NCBI GenBank assembly: GCA_049289475.1
Contig: JBATLU010000185.1
Span: forward strand, 1 to 33,058
DNA length: 33,058 nt
Direction: 5' to 3'
Source: Pontixanthobacter sp.
GTDB taxonomy: Bacteria; Pseudomonadota; Alphaproteobacteria; Sphingomonadales; Sphingomonadaceae
The notes under the pieces are model-generated. The model searched no databases, had not been told where the DNA came from, and worked only from the letters and a program-made list of their open reading frames with translations. How positions within the stretch are numbered: position 1 is the first letter of the stretch; every line of letters begins with the position of its first letter. Below, one piece after another: positions 27,336 to 33,058 of the stretch. The position numbers and the translations under genes were made by a program.

Positions 27336-28118
27336 TCAGAGCGTGAACCCTTCGCCGAGATAGAGCCGCCTGACATTTTCATCGGCCACCAGATCTTGCG
27401 GCGTTCCGGCAAACAGCACTTGTCCGCCATAGATGATGCAGGCGCGGTCAACGATTTCGAGCGTTTCGCGAACATTGTGGTCGGTGATCAGCACGCCGAT
27501 GCCGCGCGTCTTCAAATCTTTTACCAGATCGCGGATGTCATTGATCGACAGCGGATCGATCCCGGCAAACGGCTCATCGAGCAGCATGATTGACGGTTTG
27601 GCGGCCAAGGCGCGGGCAATTTCGCAGCGGCGGCGTTCCCCGCCCGACAGCGCCATTGCGGCTGAACTCCGCAGGCGGGTCAGCCCGAATTCCTCGAGCA
27701 ACCGCTCCAGTTCAGCGGCGCGCGTTTCCTTGTCCGGTTCGACCATTTCGAGCACGCAATTGATGTTTTGCTCGACCGTCATTCCGCGGAAAATGCTCGT
27801 TTCCTGCGGCAAATATCCGAGGCCAAGGATCGCTCGGCGGTACATCGGCAGCTTGGTTACATCTTCGCCGTCCATCAGAATTCGGCCTGAATCAGGTTTT
27901 ACCAGACCCATGATCGAATAGAAGCAGGTCGTCTTGCCAGCGCCGTTGGGCCCAAGCAAACCCAGCACCTCGCCCTTGCCCACAGTCAGCGAGATATCGG
28001 TCAGCACCGCGCGTTTGTCATAGCTTTTGGCGATCGAAATGACCTCCAGCCCGCCTTGGGGGATGGGGGCAGAGGCATCAACTGCCGAGTGGGGTTTGGT
28101 TTGGTCTAGCAAGCTCAT
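27336..28118 (-). CDS. lptB: LPS/glycolipid export ABC ATPase LptB
   Basis: GPNGAGKTTCFY, GYLPQETSIFR, LSGGERRR, LDEPFAGIDP, ITDHNVRETL, YLGEGF. Upstream of rpoN. Confidence 0.93.
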   Translation of the reverse strand: MSLLDQTKPHSAVDASAPIPQGGLEVISIAKSYDKRAVLTDISLTVGKGEVLGLLGPNGAGKTTCFYSIMGLVKPDSGRILMDGEDVTKLPMYRRAILGLGYLPQETSIFRGMTVEQNINCVLEMVEPDKETRAAELERLLEEFGLTRLRSSAAMALSGGERRRCEIARALAAKPSIMLLDEPFAGIDPLSINDIRDLVKDLKTRGIGVLITDHNVRETLEIVDRACIIYGGQVLFAGTPQDLVADENVRRLYLGEGFTL

Positions 28119-28171
28119 GGCTTCACCATGTAGCACCCCAAGACTCGTTGAAAAGCCCCGTTTGCTCTAAT

Positions 28172-28188
28172 TTGGCAGGATTCCTGCA
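28172..28188 (+). promoter_or_regulatory. Putative sigma54 -24/-12 promoter
   Basis: TTGGCAGGATTCCTGCA has exact GG-N10-GC spacing. Confidence 0.45.
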
Positions 28189-28326
28189 TGGCCAAGGTCG
28201 TTACGAACATCTGGGACACTCATCGCCGTCAGCCGTTAGAGTTTGGTTACCGCGCTTGCTTGTCTGCTCCGTATTTGAGATAGGGCGAGTCGAATTGGGG
28301 ATTTTGTGACTCTGGGGAGAGGCCGC

Positions 28327-28692
28327 ATGAACAAAGTTTTGAACAAGTCCGCACCCATCAGGCGTGCTCGTGATTGGCGAAAGCTGATGAGCGATAATGT
28401 TGCTTATGCGCTGATAATCTACACCGCTTTGCATATATTCGCGACGGTAGGCGCGATGAAAGAAACCGGCCTCAAATCGCTTTCCTTGCTGGCTCTGGTC
28501 ATTCTGGTGGTGGGAATAATTCCGGCTTGTCGATCATTTGAACGCCGTTGGCGCAATCTGAGCGATCAACAGGCCAGCGACCCTGCGCTGGCACCGGCTT
28601 TCCGCCGTGATCTTGTGATGCTGTGGCTGCTGGCGATTGGTCTGCCGTTTGTTTTGACCGCGATCTTCAAAACCATCGCGATGATGGGTTAA
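28327..28692 (+). CDS. Hypothetical membrane protein (about 3 TM helices)
   Basis: Hydrophobic segments and a GGGGAGAGG RBS before ATG 28327. Confidence 0.7.
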   Translation: MNKVLNKSAPIRRARDWRKLMSDNVAYALIIYTALHIFATVGAMKETGLKSLSLLALVILVVGIIPACRSFERRWRNLSDQQASDPALAPAFRRDLVMLWLLAIGLPFVLTAIFKTIAMMG

Positions 28693-28764
28693 ATCCCAAG
28701 CGGGCATTGTCGATAGACGGTTGGGTCACTAGGTCCGGCCTATGACAACAATTGATTCTGTCCG

Positions 28765-30111
28765 ATGATTACCGCCGAACAAGCGCGCGGCCGCTGCGCC
28801 CAGCTTATCGAGCTAGCTCTCAAACAGGGTGCTGATGCCGCCGATGCGGTGACTTCCGCCAGTTCATCCGAAAATGTATCGGTGCGGCTGGGTAAGCTCG
28901 AAGATGTCGAGCGATCCGAGGGCGAGGAAATCGGGCTTCGCGTTTTCGTCGGTCAGCGATCTGCGACGATCAGCACCAGCGATTTTTCAAAAGCGGCTTT
29001 TGCCGAATTGGTCGAACGCGTCGTAGCGATGGCGCGGCTCGCGCCCGAAGACCAATATGCAGGGCTTGCACCAGCAGAATTGCTGGCCCGCGAAACTCGC
29101 TCCGATCTCGACCTTTCCGATGATGTCGAACCGACACCCGCCAGCCTGCGCGCGCGCGCTTTGCAGATGGAAGATGCGGCGCGTGCGGTAACAGGCATCT
29201 CCAAAAGCGGCGGAGCCAGCGCCGGTTTCAGTCGGTCGGTCGCCGCATTGGTCACCAGCCACGGTTTTTCAGGCGGCTACGAATCAACCTCGCACGCACT
29301 CAGCACCAGCCTGATTGCAGGAGAGGGCGACGCGATGCAGCGCGATTATGAATATCGCGCGGCGCATCACCTCGATGATCTGCCCGGACCGGAAGCGGTC
29401 GGGTTAATCGCTGCCGAACGGACAATCGCCCGGCTCAGGCCCGGAAAAATGCCTAGTGGATCAATGCCGGTGCTGTTCGATCCGCGAGTCAGCGGTTCAC
29501 TGATCGGGCATTTGCTCGGGGCGATGAGCGGAATGTCTGCAGCGCGGCGTTCAACCTTCTTGCTCGACCGGATGGAGGACAAGATTTTTCCCGTAAGCAT
29601 CCGCATTCTGGACGATCCGCATCTTCCGCGTGGACCGCGTTCGCGCCCGTTTGATGGCGAAGGACTGTCCACCGCTCCGCGCGATCTGGTGGCAGATGGA
29701 AGAATTACCGGCTGGCTGCAGAACAGCGCTTCAGCGCGCCAGCTCGGGCTTAGTCCGACTGGCCATGCCGCGCGCAGCGGTGCCAGCGCTCCGGGTATTT
29801 CGGCTAGCAATGTGCATATCGAGGCGGGACCGCTCAGCCGCGAGGCGATGATTGCCGAAACCGGCGACGGCGTACTGATTACCGAGCTGGTGGGTCAGGG
29901 TGTTAGCGGTCTGACCGGCGATTATAGCCGCGGCGCTTCGGGCTTCCGGATACGCAACGGCGCGCTGGCAGAGCCGGTGTCCGATTTTACGATTGCCGGG
30001 AACCTTTTGCAGATGTTCGCCGCTTTAACCCCTGCAAGCGATCTTGAAATGTACCGCGCCGTCAACGCGCCGACATTGCGGGTGGAGGGCATGACGATAG
30101 CGGGAGAATGA
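28765..30111 (+). CDS. pmbA: TldD/PmbA family protein (PmbA/TldE-like)
   Basis: GLRVFVG, MQRDY, SRPFDGEG, TGHA, TGDYSRGASG, TIAGNL. Confidence 0.85.
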   Translation: MITAEQARGRCAQLIELALKQGADAADAVTSASSSENVSVRLGKLEDVERSEGEEIGLRVFVGQRSATISTSDFSKAAFAELVERVVAMARLAPEDQYAGLAPAELLARETRSDLDLSDDVEPTPASLRARALQMEDAARAVTGISKSGGASAGFSRSVAALVTSHGFSGGYESTSHALSTSLIAGEGDAMQRDYEYRAAHHLDDLPGPEAVGLIAAERTIARLRPGKMPSGSMPVLFDPRVSGSLIGHLLGAMSGMSAARRSTFLLDRMEDKIFPVSIRILDDPHLPRGPRSRPFDGEGLSTAPRDLVADGRITGWLQNSASARQLGLSPTGHAARSGASAPGISASNVHIEAGPLSREAMIAETGDGVLITELVGQGVSGLTGDYSRGASGFRIRNGALAEPVSDFTIAGNLLQMFAALTPASDLEMYRAVNAPTLRVEGMTIAGE

Positions 30112-31502
30112 CGATGCGAGCAACCTGGACCTGGCTGGTGATTATGCTGTTGTCATGTGCCGGACCCGCGCATGCAATCCTGCCCACAGTTTCCGAAACC
30201 GCCCCCTCTCAATCGCCTGCTCAATCTCCCGTTGAACGCAATATCGAAGCCGATGTCGCGCCCGGCTCTGATTCCCGCATTGCCGAACGAATTCGCGGAT
30301 TTTACGGTGTTATCGATGCGTTTTCTTCGATCACGGTGAAAGTCGAACAAGGGGTTGTGACGCTAGATGGCACTGTTGCAACCCAAGCCGAAATTGACGA
30401 GGCGGAGAGCCTCGCGCGGCAGGTTGCAGGGGTGGTCACGGTCCAAAACAATCTGCGGCGCAACGTCTCGATCAAGGAAAACCTGGGCCCCTTCGCCAGC
30501 CTTTCGGACAAGTTCAATGAGTTCGTCAGACTGCTGCCGTTGATGGGGGCAGCAGTTCTCGTTGCCGGGGCAATTGGATTGCTGGGCTATCTGATCGCCG
30601 GAATGGGGCGCTTCTGGCGCAAAGTCTCCCCCAATATCTTCCTTGCCGAACTGATTGCCAGCGCGATCCGCTTTGTGTTCGTGATTGGCGGCCTGGTGAT
30701 CGCGCTCGATATGCTCGGGGCGAGCGCTTTGCTGGGTGCGGTTCTGGGCGGCGCAGGCGTGATCGGCATTGCGCTCGGTTTCGCGATGCGGGACACAGTC
30801 GAAAATTACGTTGCCTCGCTCATGCTCAGTCTGCGCCAGCCTTTTCGGGCGAATGATCTGGTGTTGATCAACGATATGGAGGGGCGAATTATCCGCCTGA
30901 CCAGCCGTGCGACAATTATGATGACGCTCGACGGTAACCATCTGCGCATTCCCAACTCCGCGGTGTTCAAGGCCGTGATCCTCAATTACACCACCAATCC
31001 ACAGCGGCGGTTCGATTTCGAGCTTGGCATTGATGCCGATGATGATCCCAATGCCGCGCGGCATTTAGGGCGCGAAATGCTCAAAACCTTGCCCTTTGTG
31101 CTCTACAATCCTGCTCCCGAAGGGCGGGTGACCAAGGTCGGCGATTCCAGCATCGTGATCCAATATCTCGGCTGGATCGACCAGCGCGAGGCCGATTGGT
31201 ACAAGGCGCGCAGCCGCGCCATTGCTGCGGTGAAGACAGCGCTTGAAGCGGCAGGTTTTGGCTTGCCCGAACCGATTTACCGACTGCGCTTTGACGATCG
31301 GACCGCGCCGCTGCCGATTGCGCGGGTCGGCCAAAGCGATGCAGCTTTGCCGGCATCGGAACCTGCCGCGCACAGCGATAGTGCCGCCGAAGATGTGCAT
31401 GATGTCGCCCCGGAAGACGAGATTTCGCGGATGGTCGATGCCGAACGCGCATTGAAACCGGATGAACACGACCTGCTCGATTCGAACAAACCGGTCGAAT
31501 AG
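30108..31502 (+). CDS. MscS-family mechanosensitive channel with N-terminal BON domain
   Basis: Signal peptide, BON motif (VEQGVVTLDG...VAGVVTVQNNL), and MscS core (GIALGFAMRDTVENYVAS...PFRAND...IPNS). Confidence 0.88.
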   Translation: MTMRATWTWLVIMLLSCAGPAHAILPTVSETAPSQSPAQSPVERNIEADVAPGSDSRIAERIRGFYGVIDAFSSITVKVEQGVVTLDGTVATQAEIDEAESLARQVAGVVTVQNNLRRNVSIKENLGPFASLSDKFNEFVRLLPLMGAAVLVAGAIGLLGYLIAGMGRFWRKVSPNIFLAELIASAIRFVFVIGGLVIALDMLGASALLGAVLGGAGVIGIALGFAMRDTVENYVASLMLSLRQPFRANDLVLINDMEGRIIRLTSRATIMMTLDGNHLRIPNSAVFKAVILNYTTNPQRRFDFELGIDADDDPNAARHLGREMLKTLPFVLYNPAPEGRVTKVGDSSIVIQYLGWIDQREADWYKARSRAIAAVKTALEAAGFGLPEPIYRLRFDDRTAPLPIARVGQSDAALPASEPAAHSDSAAEDVHDVAPEDEISRMVDAERALKPDEHDLLDSNKPVE

Positions 31503-31505
31503 AGC

Positions 31506-32036
31506 TTACGCCTTGTTCGCGCGCTCAATGGCTTCGACAACGATTTGACGCGCTTCTTCGGCATCGCCCCATTGTCCGATGCGGACCCATTTTTCGGCTT
31601 CGAGATCTTTGTAGTGGGTGAAGAAATGCTCGATCTGCTGGAAGATGATCGACGGCAGGTCCTTGGTTTCCCCGACATCTGAATAATAGGGAAAAGTGGT
31701 GTCGACCGGGACGCAGATCAGCTTTTCATCGCCGCCATGTTCGTCTTCCAGATTGAGTACGCCAATCGGGCGGGCGCGCACGACGCAGCCTGCAATGAAG
31801 GGCGAGCGCGCGATCACCAGAGCATCCAAGGGATCGCCATCGGGGCTCAGCGTGTGCGGGATAAAGCCGTAATTGGCGGGATAGCGCATCGGAGTGTGCA
31901 GGATACGGTCAACGAACAGAGCGCCCGATTCCTTGTCGAATTCATATTTCACCGGTTCGCCGCCCGACGGCACCTCGATAATGACGTTGAGGCTTTCAGG
32001 CGGATTGTCGCCAATGCTGATTTTGCTGATATCCAT
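31506..32036 (-). CDS. ppa: Inorganic pyrophosphatase (family I)
   Basis: KYEFDK, YPANYGFIP, DGDPLDAL, DEHGGDEKL, HFFTHYKDLE. True start is ATG 32036; the ORF-track N-terminal extension is antisense to hisS. Confidence 0.95.
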   Translation of the reverse strand: MDISKISIGDNPPESLNVIIEVPSGGEPVKYEFDKESGALFVDRILHTPMRYPANYGFIPHTLSPDGDPLDALVIARSPFIAGCVVRARPIGVLNLEDEHGGDEKLICVPVDTTFPYYSDVGETKDLPSIIFQQIEHFFTHYKDLEAEKWVRIGQWGDAEEARQIVVEAIERANKA

Positions 32037-32156
32037 GGCCGCGCCTTTAGCGGGGCGGGCGCGCTGCGCCAAGAAGGAAATGCTGCACTGCGGTAAGATG
32101 CAGATATTGCGGGGCTGATTATTGCGAGTGCGGCCACAACCGCCTAAGCGGCCCTC

Positions 32157-33058
32157 ATGAGTAACAAGACACCCCAAGCGATACGCGGCACACAGGATAT
32201 TTTCGGTCCTGATGCAGAGGCTTTCGCCTTCGTGGTCGAAACATTTGAGCGCGTGCGCAAACTTTACCGGTTTCGCCGTGCAGAAATGCCGGTGTTCGAA
32301 AAGACCGAAGTGTTCGCGCGCTCTCTGGGCGAGACCACCGATGTGGTGTCGAAAGAAATGTATTCCTTCGATGATCGCGGCGGGGAATCGCTGACTTTGC
32401 GGCCCGAATTTACCGCCGGGATCGCGCGTGCCTACATCACCAACGGCTGGCAGCAGCACGCGCCGCTCAAGCTGGCGACGCATGGTCCGTTGTTCCGTTA
32501 CGAGCGTCCGCAAAAGGGCCGCTATCGCCAGTTCCACCAGATCGATGCGGAGATTATCGGCGCGGGCGAACCGCAGGCCGATGTCGAATTGCTGGCGATG
32601 GCCGATCAGCTGCTCAAGGAGCTTGGCATCGAAGGCGTAACGTTGCATCTTAACACGCTTGGCGACGGGTCCAGCCGTGAAGCATGGCGCGCCGCGCTGA
32701 TCGACTATTTCATGGCGGTGAAAGACCAGCTCTCCGAAGATTCGCAGGAGCGGCTGGAGAAAAACCCGCTGCGGATTCTCGACAGCAAGGACCGCCGCGA
32801 CAAGCCGTTTCTGGCAGGTGCGCCCAAGATTGACGATTTCCTGTCAGATGAAGCGCGGGCTTTTTTCGAGGCGGTAACCAGCGGGCTGGATGCGGCGGGC
32901 GTCAAATGGGTCCGCGCGGAAAGCCTTGTGCGCGGGCTCGACTATTACCGCCACACCGCGTTCGAATTCATTCCCGATGCAGGCAGCGCAGCGGCGGCGG
33001 CACTCGGCGCGCAAAGCACTGTGCTGGGCGGCGGACGTTATGACGGCCTGATGGAAAG
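32157..33058 (+). CDS. hisS: Histidyl-tRNA synthetase, 3' end outside the window
   Basis: Manual translation gives [14 protein letters not shown]...[27 protein letters not shown]...[16 protein letters not shown]...LVRGLDYY...GGGRYDGL. Confidence 0.96.
   Translation, partial: MSNKTPQAIRGTQDIFGPDAEAFAFVVETFERVRKLYRFRRAEMPVFEKTEVFARSLGETTDVVSKEMYSFDDRGGESLTLRPEFTAGIARAYITNGWQQHAPLKLATHGPLFRYERPQKGRYRQFHQIDAEIIGAGEPQADVELLAMADQLLKELGIEGVTLHLNTLGDGSSREAWRAALIDYFMAVKDQLSEDSQERLEKNPLRILDSKDRRDKPFLAGAPKIDDFLSDEARAFFEAVTSGLDAAGVKWVRAESLVRGLDYYRHTAFEFIPDAGSAAAAALGAQSTVLGGGRYDGLME

Noticed and set aside
30108..31502. BON-MscS fusion
   Set aside because: A known domain architecture; recorded as a feature only.
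32037..32648. Long N-terminal extension on ppa (380-aa ORF)
   Set aside because: The extension is antisense to hisS. The family I PPase begins at ATG 32036.

Overview
GC-rich alphaproteobacterial chromosome segment, most consistent with Sphingomonadales (probably Erythrobacteraceae). The evidence is an spt-acp sphingolipid pair, divK, ctrA, one-Cys DksA and the lptB-rpoN-ctrA order. Most of the window is housekeeping: spt, acp, divK, a RidA/GDPD/GNAT operon, dksA, pilZ, kynABU, gluQ, pduO, 3-hydroxybutyryl-CoA dehydrogenase, mutS, maeB, trmB, ctrA, rpoN, lptB, pmbA, BON-MscS, ppa, hisS. I found no rRNA, tRNA, CRISPR array, transposase or integrase. The most unusual signal is two small accessory insertions (about 13.26-13.83 kb and 22.64-23.88 kb) with a shared architecture. 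In both, orphan genes are bracketed by degenerate copies of a ~28-bp quasi-palindromic repeat with a TGG(G) core. Both also carry a ~150-180 bp non-coding element with the same ordered motifs. One insertion holds two toxin-immunity-like genes with no toxin. Other notable points are a stand-alone Pycsar-effector-like gene divergent from acp-spt, several near-consensus CtrA boxes, and a sigma54-like promoter centred on a GANTC site. Family calls come from motif recognition by eye; no database searches were run.
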